In this document: positions 46,040 to 55,477 of the stretch, in pieces
How positions within the stretch are numbered: the stretch's first letter is position 1
Layout: every line of letters starts with the position of its first letter
Source of the DNA: Vulcanimicrobiota bacterium
GTDB lineage: Bacteria > Vulcanimicrobiota > Vulcanimicrobiia > Vulcanimicrobiales > Vulcanimicrobiaceae
Assembly: GCA_963795855.1 (NCBI GenBank)
Contig: CAWCIZ010000002.1
Span: 256,001 to 320,000, forward strand
Direction: 5' to 3'
DNA length: 64,000 bases
Notes under the pieces: generated by a model
Database searches by the model: none
What the model saw: only the letters and a program-made list of their open reading frames with translations
Told to the model about the DNA's origin: nothing
Translations under genes and position numbers: made by a program

Positions 46040-48379
46040 CTATCGCAGCTCGACGATCGTGACGCCGCCGCCGCCTTCGTTTTGGTCGCCGTAACGTACG
46101 TGCTTGACCTGCGGGTGGCTTCGCAAAAATTCTTGCAGGCCGCGTCCGAGCAGTCCCGTGCCTTTGCCGTGAATCAAGCGCAGCGACGTGTTGCCGGCAA
46201 GCGCGGCTTCGTCGATCCACTGATCGACGATCGGCTCCGCATCAACATAGCGTTTTCCGCGAACGTCGATCTCCGCCGTGGTTCGGGTCGCCGCCTCGAG
46301 CCGCGGCGTATCGTGGCGCGAGACTGCGGGTGCGCCGCCGCGGCGTTCGACGTCCGTCTTGGCAACGACGGTTCTCATCGCGCCGACGGCGACGAGCAGC
46401 GAATCGCCGTTATCCGAGATCACCGTGGCCTCTTGGCCGTACGTGAGTAATCGAACGCGATCGCCCTCTTCGAACGTTCCGTCCGGGGCAGCGTCCGGTG
46501 TTTGCGGTTTGATGCGAAGATCGCGGCGCATCTGGTCGATCGTTCGCTGCAGCAGCGCGCTTTGACCGGGCGTCACCTTGGGCTTGACGGATTGTTGCTC
46601 GGCTGCGCGCCGCGCGAGTTCGCGGCTGAAATCGCGAAGCGCCTGCTGCATGCGTGCCTCGGCTGCGTCGGCGAACTCGCGCCGCTCGCGCTCGAGCGCT
46701 TCGGTGCGAGATCGCAAATTTTGCTGAAGGCGATCGATGTGGACGCGTTCCCGCTCGACGGTGTCGCGCTCCGCCTGAAGACGCGTACTCACGTCGGAAA
46801 GTTCCGCCAGCGCCGTTTCGTAATCGCGTTCGCGCGAGCCGAGTAACGCCTGCGCGCGCTCGATGATCTGCGGCGGTATGCCTTGCGAACGCGCAAGCGG
46901 AAAGGCCAGCGACTGCCCAGGCATGCCCACGTCGAGATGATAGGTCGGCGCGAACGACTCCGGATCGAAACGCACGCTCGCATTCGCGACGCCTTCGGTT
47001 TGGTGTGCGAACAGTTTCAACTCCGTCGCGTGTGTCGTCACGACGCCGCAGGCGCGAACCGCTAGCAGCCGCTCCAGCATCGCGACGGCGAGCGCCGCAC
47101 CGCTGGTGGGTTCGGTGCCCCCGCCGATTTCGTCGATCAGCACGATGGAGCGATCGTCGGAGGCGGAGATGATCTCGCGCATTCGGCGCAGATGCGCCGA
47201 AAACGTCGAGGTATTCTCAGCGATGGATTGCTCGTCGCCGATGTCGGCGAATACGCGCGTGAAGCGGCCGATGCGCGAGCCATCCGCGGCCGGAATCTGC
47301 ATCCCGCTGTACGTCATCGCAATGAAGAGTCCGACCATTTTCAGAGCAACGGTTTTGCCGCCCATATTGGGACCGCTGATGACGATGAGCCGCGTCTCGT
47401 CGCTCAGATCGAGCGACTGCGGGACGGCGCGATCGGCAAGCAGCGGGTGGCGACCTTCACGAATCGAAAGCGCCGCGCCGTCATCCAACTCCGGTATGCG
47501 CGCGTTCATCGAGAGCGCCACACGCGCCTTCGCGACCAGCAAATCGATTTGCGCGAGCATTTCGACGTTGCGTTCGATTGCATCCGCATGCGTGCCGACT
47601 TGACGCGAAAGATCTTGCAGGATGCGAGCGATTTCGCGCTCTTCTTCCAACCGAAGCGTTCGTAACCGGTTATTCGCCTCGAGCGCAGCAAGCGGTTCGA
47701 TGAAGAGCGTTTGACCGCTCGAGCTCGTGTCGTGAACGATGCCGGGGACTTCGCCCCCGAATTCGGCTTTGATCGGAATGACGAAACGGCCTTCCCGAAT
47801 CGTGACGACGGCGTCCTGGATCGCTTTTGCGTACTTCGACGAGCGGAGCAGCGCGGCGACGCGATCGCGGGCTTCGCCTTGCGCTTGTTGAATGTTTCGG
47901 CGTATGCGGCCGAGCGCATGGGAAGCGCGCTCGAGCACGACGCCGCGCTCGTCGATTGCGTCGGTAATCGCGCGCTGCAGATCTCTGGTCGACTGATAGC
48001 CGGCCACAAATGGGGCGAGCGCCGCGATCTGCTCGCCTTCCGCCTCACGGATTTTGTTGTGCGCCGCTGCGGCCGCAGCGACGGCGTCTCCGACGGCGCG
48101 CAATTCGGTCGCGCTCAGCGAGGTTCCGACCCGGGCACGCTGCGTCATGTCCGCAGTATCCAGCGCAGGCAAAACGTGAAGGTCGATTCGCACGATGAGT
48201 TCGCGCGCGGCCTCCGTTGCCGATTGTTCGCGTTTGATGCGCTCGAAGTCGACGAACGGAGTGAGGTTTTCGGCTAGACGGCGTCCGCGCTCGGTTCGCG
48301 TCTGAGCCACGACACGCTCGCGCACGCTGGCAAAATCCAACGTTTCCAGCGTTCGGTCATCCGCGAGTACAGACGTCAT
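46040..48379 (-). CDS. mutS2: Endonuclease MutS2
   Basis: GPNMGGKT, DIGDEQSI, STFSAH, DEIG.GT, Smr domain IHGKGTG. Confidence 0.96.
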   Translation of the reverse strand: MTSVLADDRTLETLDFASVRERVVAQTRTERGRRLAENLTPFVDFERIKREQSATEAARELIVRIDLHVLPALDTADMTQRARVGTSLSATELRAVGDAVAAAAAAHNKIREAEGEQIAALAPFVAGYQSTRDLQRAITDAIDERGVVLERASHALGRIRRNIQQAQGEARDRVAALLRSSKYAKAIQDAVVTIREGRFVIPIKAEFGGEVPGIVHDTSSSGQTLFIEPLAALEANNRLRTLRLEEEREIARILQDLSRQVGTHADAIERNVEMLAQIDLLVAKARVALSMNARIPELDDGAALSIREGRHPLLADRAVPQSLDLSDETRLIVISGPNMGGKTVALKMVGLFIAMTYSGMQIPAADGSRIGRFTRVFADIGDEQSIAENTSTFSAHLRRMREIISASDDRSIVLIDEIGGGTEPTSGAALAVAMLERLLAVRACGVVTTHATELKLFAHQTEGVANASVRFDPESFAPTYHLDVGMPGQSLAFPLARSQGIPPQIIERAQALLGSRERDYETALAELSDVSTRLQAERDTVERERVHIDRLQQNLRSRTEALERERREFADAAEARMQQALRDFSRELARRAAEQQSVKPKVTPGQSALLQRTIDQMRRDLRIKPQTPDAAPDGTFEEGDRVRLLTYGQEATVISDNGDSLLVAVGAMRTVVAKTDVERRGGAPAVSRHDTPRLEAATRTTAEIDVRGKRYVDAEPIVDQWIDEAALAGNTSLRLIHGKGTGLLGRGLQEFLRSHPQVKHVRYGDQNEGGGGVTIVELR

Positions 48380-48409
48380 TGAAAGGGCGAATCGTGTCTA
48401 AGCCTGCAA

Positions 48410-48490
48410 GGGTGCCACGGCTGATAGTACTGCTTAAGCCCGGGCGGCCCGTTCTTCACTCTTTGCGGGCCGGCCGCATCAGCCGCACCC
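48410..48490. other. Structured intergenic element (candidate ncRNA or cis-regulator)
   Basis: GGGTG/CACCC plus CGGCTGAT/ATCAGCCG outer stem and GGCCCG/CGGGCC inner stem. Confidence 0.35.
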
Positions 48491-48500
48491 GGCGGGCGGT

Positions 48501-48532
48501 GAAAAAAGCGCGGTCACCGCAAAGAGGACCGC
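48501..48532 (-). terminator. Intrinsic terminator after gatB
   Basis: GCGGTC-11 nt-GACCGC followed by GCTTTTTT. Confidence 0.65.
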
Positions 48533-48534
48533 AG

Positions 48535-50013
48535 TCACGAGAGTTTCTGCTTGAGCAGCTCCTGCACGAGTTCAGGATTGGCTTTGCCGCGCGAGGCTTT
48601 CATCACTTGCCCGGTGAGGAAGCCCATGATGTTCGTCTTGCCCCCTTTGTAATCGGCAACGGCTTTTTCGTTGGTCGCCAGCACGTCGTCGACGAATTTC
48701 TCGATCGCGCCCGTATCGCTGGTTTGCGCGAGGCCTTCTTTTTCGACGATCGCTTTCGGCGCGCCGGCGCCTTCCCACATGCGCTGCAGCAATTCCTTGG
48801 CGATCTTCGAGTTGATCGTCTTGCTTTCCACGAGCCGGATCAGTTCGCCCAAATCTTCCGGAGTTACGGGCGAATCTGGAACGGGGATGCCGGTTTCGTT
48901 GGCCAAGCGCGAAAGATCGCCCAGGACGAAGTTCATGCTCTGCTGGGGGTTCCGGCTCGCCGTTACCGCGCGATCGAAGTAATCTGCGAGCGCGTAATTG
49001 TCGATCAATTGCGTCGCCTGCTTCACGTCGAGCCCGTACTCGCCGTGATACCGTTCGAACCGCTGCGGCGGCAGCAGCGGAGTCGCGTCTTTCACGCGAT
49101 CGACGAGCGCGCGGTCAATCTCCAGCGGCACCAGATCCGGGTCGGGGAAATAGCGATAGTCGTGGGCGCGTTCCTTGCTGCGCATCGAATGCGTCACGCC
49201 CTGCGTTTCGTCCCACCCCCGCGTCTCCTGAACGATGCGGCCGCCGGATTCGACGATGCCGATCTGACGCTCGATCTCGCTTTCGATGGCGCGGAAGACC
49301 GAGCGAAACGAATTCATGTTCTTGATTTCGGTTTTCGTGCCGTATTCACTCGCGCCGACCGGACGAATCGATACGTTGGCATCGCAGCGGAGCGAGCCCT
49401 CTTCCATCTTTACGTCGCTCACGCCCAGTTGCACGAACGTTCGCTTCAGCGCTTCGAGATAGCCGACAGCTTCTTCAGCGCTGCGAATGTCGGGCTCCGA
49501 GACGCATTCCATCAGCGGCACCCCCGCGCGATTGAAGTCGATCAGCGAGTAGCTGCTGCCGGCGATGCGGCCATCGCCGCCGCCTGCATGCGTCGATTTT
49601 CCGGTGTCCTCTTCCAAGTGAATGCGCGTGAGGCGGCACTCCTTCATCGTGCCGTCCTCGAGCCAGTAGCGCACCACGCCGCCCTGCGTGAGCGGCATGT
49701 CGTACTGCGAGATTTGATAATCCTTTGGCATGTCGGGATAAAAATAGTTCTTCCGATCGAACTTCGAGAACACCGGAATATCGGCGTTGAAAGCGAGGCC
49801 GGCGGCGATCATGTGCTCGATCGCCGCTTTGTTCGCGACCGGCAGAGCGCCCGGCAGCGCGAGACACACGGGGCACACCTTCGTGTTGGGTTCGCCGCCG
49901 AATTCGTTCGGGCACGCGCAGAACATCTTCGTTTGCGTCTTGAGTTCGACGTGGCATTCGATCCCGATCACGGCCTCGTACTTCACACGCCAATCCGCAC
50001 TTACAGTAGTCAT
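48535..50013 (-). CDS. gatB: Asp/Glu-tRNA amidotransferase subunit B
   Basis: YEAVIGIECHVEL, FDRKNYFYPD, HLEEDTGK, YRYFPDPDL. Confidence 0.97.
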   Translation of the reverse strand: MTTVSADWRVKYEAVIGIECHVELKTQTKMFCACPNEFGGEPNTKVCPVCLALPGALPVANKAAIEHMIAAGLAFNADIPVFSKFDRKNYFYPDMPKDYQISQYDMPLTQGGVVRYWLEDGTMKECRLTRIHLEEDTGKSTHAGGGDGRIAGSSYSLIDFNRAGVPLMECVSEPDIRSAEEAVGYLEALKRTFVQLGVSDVKMEEGSLRCDANVSIRPVGASEYGTKTEIKNMNSFRSVFRAIESEIERQIGIVESGGRIVQETRGWDETQGVTHSMRSKERAHDYRYFPDPDLVPLEIDRALVDRVKDATPLLPPQRFERYHGEYGLDVKQATQLIDNYALADYFDRAVTASRNPQQSMNFVLGDLSRLANETGIPVPDSPVTPEDLGELIRLVESKTINSKIAKELLQRMWEGAGAPKAIVEKEGLAQTSDTGAIEKFVDDVLATNEKAVADYKGGKTNIMGFLTGQVMKASRGKANPELVQELLKQKLS

Positions 50014-51506
50014 GACGCCACTGCCGTGTCGGTCAAGGGCTCGAATTTCGCGGCATGCCGCGTGCCCTGTTCGTACGCGTGCGCCGCGGAAAGCAGGTTC
50101 GCTTCTTCGAAAAGCGGCGCGGCTAGCTGCAAACCCATCGGCATCGGCCGATCTCCGCCGTCCGGCGTGATCCACCCGCACGGCACCGAAAGTGCGGGCA
50201 GCCCGGCAAGCGACATTGGGATCGTGTAGTAGTCCATCATGTACATGCTATACGGATCGCTCTTTGCGTTGAACTGGAATGCCGGCGAACTCGCGGCCGG
50301 CGCGGCGATCAGATCGCAGGATTCGAACGCGCGCTTGAAGTCGCTCGCAAACATCGTGCGTGCCTTCTGCGCTTTCACGTAATACGCGTCGTAGTATCCG
50401 CTCGAGAGCGCGTACGTCCCGATGAGTATGCGGCGTTTGACCTCGGGTCCGAACCCCGCCGCGCGGGTCGATTCATACATGGCGCCGACGTCCGCGCCGT
50501 CGACGCGCAAACCATAACGAACCCCGTCGAAGCGCGCGAGATTGCTGCTGCACTCGGCGGGCGCGATGAGATAATATGTCGCAAGCCCGTACTCCGCGGT
50601 CGGAAGTTCGATCTCCACGATATCCGCACCCAGGTCCTGAAGTTCTTTGTACGCGCGCTGATACAGTGCGTGAATGTCCGGGCCAAGTTTTTCGGTGACG
50701 AATTGCTTGACCAGCCCAATGCGCAAGCCTTTGAGGTCGCTTCGCAGCTTGCCGCTCGTTTTTTCAACCGGACGATCGATGCTCGTGGAATCCATGCGAT
50801 CGTACCCGGCCATCGCTTCGTAGGCGAGCACGGCGTCTTCGACGGTGCGCGTAAGCGGGCCGATCTGATCCAAACTCGAGGCGAACGCTATCAATCCGTA
50901 CCGCGAAATCCGACCGTACGTCGGTTTGAATCCGACGGTGTTGCAGAAGGCCGCCGGCTCCCGAATGGAACCGCCCGTGTCGCTTCCCAAACCGATGGCT
51001 GCTTCATATGCGGCTACTGCTGCGACCGAGCCGCCCGAACTGCCACCCGGGACGCGGGAAAGATCGTACGGGTTGCGTGTGATCCCGAGCGCGCTGTTCT
51101 CGCACGAACTTCCCATCGCGAATTCGTCCATGTTCGCCTTGCCGATCGGGACGCCGCCCGCGTCGATGATGCGCTGCACCGCGGTGCACGTGTACGGCGC
51201 AACCCAGTCTTCGAGAATCTTCGATCCCGCCGTGGTTCGCGTGCCGGTCAAACACATATTGTCTTTGACGGCGATGGGTGCGCCGGCAAGCGGAAGCCGT
51301 TCGCCGCCGCGTACGCGTTCGTCAACGCGGCGCGCCGCTGAGCGAGCGAGATCGTGGAGACGCGTAAGGTACGCGCCGACGCGATCGTCGACGTGGTCGA
51401 CGCGCGCCAATGCCGCTTCGGTGACTTCGCTCGCGGAAATCGTTCCGGCGTTTACCGCGCGCGCCGTTTCCGCGGCGTTCATGCGAACCGCGTCGTTCGG
51501 CACCAC
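50010..51506 (-). CDS. gatA: Asp/Glu-tRNA amidotransferase subunit A
   Basis: PGGSSGGS, GSDTGGSIR, SSNLARFDG, EVKRRILIGT. Confidence 0.97.
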   Translation of the reverse strand: MVPNDAVRMNAAETARAVNAGTISASEVTEAALARVDHVDDRVGAYLTRLHDLARSAARRVDERVRGGERLPLAGAPIAVKDNMCLTGTRTTAGSKILEDWVAPYTCTAVQRIIDAGGVPIGKANMDEFAMGSSCENSALGITRNPYDLSRVPGGSSGGSVAAVAAYEAAIGLGSDTGGSIREPAAFCNTVGFKPTYGRISRYGLIAFASSLDQIGPLTRTVEDAVLAYEAMAGYDRMDSTSIDRPVEKTSGKLRSDLKGLRIGLVKQFVTEKLGPDIHALYQRAYKELQDLGADIVEIELPTAEYGLATYYLIAPAECSSNLARFDGVRYGLRVDGADVGAMYESTRAAGFGPEVKRRILIGTYALSSGYYDAYYVKAQKARTMFASDFKRAFESCDLIAAPAASSPAFQFNAKSDPYSMYMMDYYTIPMSLAGLPALSVPCGWITPDGGDRPMPMGLQLAAPLFEEANLLSAAHAYEQGTRHAAKFEPLTDTAVAS

Positions 51507-51508
51507 GC

Positions 51509-51805
51509 TCAGCCTTCTTCCGCGATGATGCGCGGGACGCGGAAGAACGCGCCCTGCCGCTGCGGCGCCATCGAGAGCACCGTTTCGCGATCCAAACTCG
51601 GGCCCGCGACGTCGTCGCGCTCGACGTTGCGCGACTCGACGACTTGCGCCGTGGCCGGCACCGCCGCAGTATCGAGTTCGGAGAGGACGTTCACGTGCTC
51701 GAGCAGATCGCCGAGCTGCGCCCCGAAACGCTGCACTTCTTCATCGGTGAGCGCGATTCGCGCGAGCTTCGCGACGTATCTGACGTCAATCTTCTCTGAT
51801 GACAA
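51509..51805 (-). CDS. gatC: Asp/Glu-tRNA amidotransferase subunit C
   Basis: DVRYVAKLARI...FFRVPRII; TTG start with AGGAG RBS. Confidence 0.93.
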   Translation of the reverse strand: MSSEKIDVRYVAKLARIALTDEEVQRFGAQLGDLLEHVNVLSELDTAAVPATAQVVESRNVERDDVAGPSLDRETVLSMAPQRQGAFFRVPRIIAEEG

Positions 51806-53291
51806 AATCCGGGTACTCCTGATGCGTAGACGTTGTGCCGGTAACCTCGCCCGCCGGCCACTGCGGAACGGGCGCGTCCTTGAACGCCTCGGCGACGACT
51901 TGCTCGCGAACGGCACTCTGGCTGTAGAGCGTTACCAGCGTCTCGATATGGCCGGTTTGCGGGAACATGTCGAACGGCTGCACGACGCCGAGCCGGTATC
52001 CTTTGGCCGCGAGGATCTTCAAATCCCGGGCGAGCGTTGCGGGATCGCAGGACAAATACCAAATGTTCGGCACGCCCGTCGCCGCAACCGCGGCAAGTGT
52101 GACCTCGTCGCTGCCTTTGCGCGGCGGATCGAGAAAAACGATCTGCGCTTGGCGCAGTTTGTCGTTCACCTCGCCCCGGCGCACCGCGTCTTCAACACGC
52201 GCGCACAGGAAGCGCACGGAGCCGTCGAGTTGGTTGAGGGCAGCGTTTTCCCGCGCCTCCGCGATGGCTTGGGGATTCTCCTCGACGCCCAGCACTTCGC
52301 TGCCGGATTTCGCGAAGAACAACGAAAACGTGCCGGCGCCGCAGTACAAATCCACGATGGTGCGCGGGACTTCGAGACCGGCGCGCATGAAGTCGAAGAT
52401 TCGCCCGACGATCTCGACGTTCACCTGAAAGAAGGAGCCCGGCGAGACGCGATACCGCACGCCTCCCATCAGTTCTTCGATTTGCGAGACGCCCTGCAGC
52501 AGCGTGTGCTTGCGGCCTAGGATCGCGTTCTGACTGGAAAGATCGTACGAATTCGTAATCCCGACGACGCCGGGCAAGTGGCGCATCAGCCCCGCCGCCG
52601 CTGCCGCGAGCTGCTGCGACGGTTCGTCGGAGGTGAATGTGACGACCGTCTGGTCGGTCGCCTTCGCGGTACGCGCGACGATGTGACGCGTATCGGCGAA
52701 TGCGCGTGCAAGTACGGGGTGCACCAGCGCTTCGTTGAGCCGCATGATGTGCATGCTCAGCTGGGGCATCACGATCGGGCAGCCGGCTATGGGGACGAGA
52801 TCGTGCGATCGCTGCTGATAAAACCCGAGACGCGGCGCGCCGTCGGCGCGCTCCACGACGAGCGACATCTTGTTGCGATAGGAGCGCGGATTGATCATGC
52901 CTATCGGATCGCGCACGGGCGCGGCGCCGAAGCCGCCGATGCGCTGCAGCGCATTCTTGACGACGTCGCGCTTCCAGCCCAGTTGTCCCGGATAGGTAAG
53001 ATGCTGAACCTGACATCCGCCGCATGTGCCGAAGACCGGGCAGAACGGCTGCGCGCGAAACCGGGAACCTGCGGTCAGCTGCAGCATTTCGCCGACGGCG
53101 TACTTGGGCTTTACCGACGTGATGCGCACGCGGGCTCGTTCTTGCGGCAACGGACCAAAACAAAACACCACCATGCCGCCGGTGCGCCCGACGGCCTGTC
53201 CATTTGCGAGAAGATCGGTGAAGCCGAGTTCGACCTCCGCGCCGACGCGCGGACGGGCGCCGGAGTTAGCCGGTATGTCTCTGGTCGTCAA
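51786..53291 (-). CDS. rlmD: 23S rRNA (uracil-1939-C5)-methyltransferase
   Basis: TRAM domain, CPVFGTCGGC, SFFQVN, DLYCGAG, DPPRKG, YLSC, DMFPQT.HIE. Confidence 0.93.
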   Translation of the reverse strand: MTTRDIPANSGARPRVGAEVELGFTDLLANGQAVGRTGGMVVFCFGPLPQERARVRITSVKPKYAVGEMLQLTAGSRFRAQPFCPVFGTCGGCQVQHLTYPGQLGWKRDVVKNALQRIGGFGAAPVRDPIGMINPRSYRNKMSLVVERADGAPRLGFYQQRSHDLVPIAGCPIVMPQLSMHIMRLNEALVHPVLARAFADTRHIVARTAKATDQTVVTFTSDEPSQQLAAAAAGLMRHLPGVVGITNSYDLSSQNAILGRKHTLLQGVSQIEELMGGVRYRVSPGSFFQVNVEIVGRIFDFMRAGLEVPRTIVDLYCGAGTFSLFFAKSGSEVLGVEENPQAIAEARENAALNQLDGSVRFLCARVEDAVRRGEVNDKLRQAQIVFLDPPRKGSDEVTLAAVAATGVPNIWYLSCDPATLARDLKILAAKGYRLGVVQPFDMFPQTGHIETLVTLYSQSAVREQVVAEAFKDAPVPQWPAGEVTGTTSTHQEYPDFVIRED

Positions 53292-53517
53292 GCGTTTTGA
53301 GGAGCTGATTCGCCTCGTCGATCAGTTGCTGGATGCGCTGACTCGTGGGATCGGCGGGCCGGCGCGAAACGAGCGCCCGCACCACCGTAAACGCAAGCGC
53401 GGCGGAAAGACCCGCAACGCCGATCCACACCAGCGTGCGCGTCAGATTCGCATCCCGGCGTTCCTCCGAAGGTGCGCTGATCTCGTGAACGTCTTCGGCG
53501 TGCGGCGTGTGCGTCAA
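53266..53517 (-). CDS. Small single-pass membrane protein
   Basis: GAAGGAG RBS; TM helix plus a short coiled coil. Confidence 0.6.
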   Translation of the reverse strand: MTHTPHAEDVHEISAPSEERRDANLTRTLVWIGVAGLSAALAFTVVRALVSRRPADPTSQRIQQLIDEANQLLKTLDDQRHTG

Positions 53518-53588
53518 GATTCTCCTTCTCCTGTGGTCCGGCGCCTACTTCGCTAGGGAACGCATGTTCTCATCGCGGATAGCGCGGC

Positions 53589-54422
53589 ATGAAGATTCGC
53601 GCCTTGCTTGCGGCAGCGATGTGTGCACTCCTACCCAGTTTGGTCGCGAGCGCCGCCGAGCCGGGGACAGTCACCGTGGATTACGCCGGCTCGCTGGTCG
53701 CTACAATGGAAGGCTCGCTCAAATCCGCGCTCGCCCAGCGGACCGGCCTGCGTCTTGCGGGAGAGGCAAAAGGAAGCCGCGCGCTCGCGAATCTGATTAC
53801 CGCCGGGCTGCGCACGCCCGACGTCTTCATCAGCGCGGACCCGGCTCTGATCGTCAAATTGAACGGAGAGCATCTGGTTGGTGCTTACGCGACCTTCGGT
53901 TCCGCGCGAATCGTCGTGGCATATTCGGCAAAATCACCGCGTCGAGCATTATTCGAGCAAGCGGCGCGCGGACGGCTCTCCATCCTCGACGTGCTCTCGA
54001 ACCCCGCGGTCCGAGTGGGACGCACCGATCCGCAGCTCGATCCCAAAGGGCAGCGCACGCTGCGCGCGTTGCAGCTGCTCGGCGCGCATTTTCACGCGCG
54101 CGCTAAGGCCCAGGCCGTCGAACGCAAAGCCGAAACGTTTCCTGAAGAAGACCTCGCGGTGCGCGTGGAGAGCGGCGAACTCGACGCCGGCTTCTTCTAC
54201 TCGACCGAAATTCCGGGCCGCGATTTGCACGCCGTGGAATTGCCGAACGACTCGAATCTCTCGCACGGCATCGCTTACGCGATAGCGGTGTTGCGCAACG
54301 CACCGAATCCGAGCGGGGCGGACACGTTTGCCCGCTTCGTACTCTACGGTGAAGGAAAGCGTATTTTGGAGGGGGCCGGAGTGCGCTATTTCAATCGCGT
54401 TCGAAGTAGAGGCCGGCTCTAA
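53589..54422 (+). CDS. Molybdate/tungstate substrate-binding protein (ModA/WtpA-like)
   Basis: Signal peptide, YAGSL, GS..LA, DVFISAD, TDP..DPKG. Confidence 0.8.
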   Translation: MKIRALLAAAMCALLPSLVASAAEPGTVTVDYAGSLVATMEGSLKSALAQRTGLRLAGEAKGSRALANLITAGLRTPDVFISADPALIVKLNGEHLVGAYATFGSARIVVAYSAKSPRRALFEQAARGRLSILDVLSNPAVRVGRTDPQLDPKGQRTLRALQLLGAHFHARAKAQAVERKAETFPEEDLAVRVESGELDAGFFYSTEIPGRDLHAVELPNDSNLSHGIAYAIAVLRNAPNPSGADTFARFVLYGEGKRILEGAGVRYFNRVRSRGRL

Positions 54423-54427
54423 ACCGC

Positions 54428-55228
54428 TTGCAGCACCCGGTCATCAAGCGGCTTCGCCGCTTTCGGGCGCTCCTGTGGTGCCTGGTTCTTTCGCTGGTCT
54501 TCCATTTCGTCGCCGTTCCGCTGATCGTCGGGCTTTTCGGCACGCGCCAAACGTTCGCGCAGCCGCGCGAACTGATCTATCAAACGTCGTCCGCATTGCG
54601 GGTTTCACGCATGCCGCGTCCAAGACCGCGTACCGTAACGCCGCCGCATCCCATCGTCACCGCGAAACAGCCGCCGATTCCGGTGCACCGCGCAGCGGCG
54701 CCGCCGCAAGTGCGGCGCGAGCTTGCGAAAATCGGACCGGGGCCACGCGCCGACGTCCCGCACCTCTCGCCGCCCTCCATCGACATCGCGCAGCAAGAGG
54801 CGCAGTACGAAAAGACGATCGCGCAGTTACGTCAGGAAAACAATCCGCTGGCCGGAGCGGCGCGTCCGGTGGAGACGCCCGCGGCGCCGAAACGGTATAC
54901 GTTCGATTTCTCCGGCAGCGTCGGAACCGGCCCGCAAGCCGAAGGCATTCTCACGCCGGTCGAATCTTGGCGCGACGGGCCGTATACGTATTACTACGTG
55001 CGTTATTACGTGCAGTACGCAGACGGCAGCACCGAGACGGGCTACGTTCCGTGGCCGATCCGGTATCTTCCGAAAGTCGACCCCTTCCTGAATCATTGGC
55101 AGCATTTTCCGCTCCCGATTCCGCTGCCGGACTACGTCATGCCGGGCGGCACGGATTTGCATCCGCTGATCGCGTTCTGCTGGGAGCACCGCAGCGAGCT
55201 GAGCGACTGTCCGATCGAACACGACTAG
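54428..55228 (+). CDS. Membrane-anchored Pro-rich hypothetical protein (TonB-like architecture)
   Basis: TM helix with SLVFH (SxxxH), Pro-rich linker, aromatic-rich C-terminal domain. Confidence 0.6.
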   Translation: MQHPVIKRLRRFRALLWCLVLSLVFHFVAVPLIVGLFGTRQTFAQPRELIYQTSSALRVSRMPRPRPRTVTPPHPIVTAKQPPIPVHRAAAPPQVRRELAKIGPGPRADVPHLSPPSIDIAQQEAQYEKTIAQLRQENNPLAGAARPVETPAAPKRYTFDFSGSVGTGPQAEGILTPVESWRDGPYTYYYVRYYVQYADGSTETGYVPWPIRYLPKVDPFLNHWQHFPLPIPLPDYVMPGGTDLHPLIAFCWEHRSELSDCPIEHD

Positions 55229-55288
55229 CCGGCTTTCCGCGGATATTCCGCTTGCCGCGCCGCGCGCTTGTGGTACAAAGTACACGTC

Positions 55289-55477
55289 ATGCGCCGACTC
55301 TGCATCGCGGGTGTCGCAATTGCACTCGTCGTGGCAATCTTCGCCCTGTGGTCGAAGGTGCGTCCACCCTATGTCGTCGCCGTCGGAACGCCGATTCGCC
55401 ATGACGATTTTTTCTTCACCGTCAAACGAATAGAATCGCAGCCGGCGAGCGGCGGCGTTCGGAACGTAACAGGCTAA
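55289..55477 (+). CDS. Small exported or membrane protein, possibly truncated
   Basis: MRRLCIAGVAIALVVAIFALW...; TTGCCG...TGGTACAAA promoter-like element upstream. Confidence 0.4.
   Translation: MRRLCIAGVAIALVVAIFALWSKVRPPYVVAVGTPIRHDDFFFTVKRIESQPASGGVRNVTG

Noticed and set aside
48410..48532. Assignment of the intergenic structure to SRP, 6S, T-box or hammerhead RNA
   Set aside because: I could not find the SRP GGAA loop motif, the T-box sequence or a CUGANGA core, and it lacks the two-sided bubble of 6S, so it is left unassigned.
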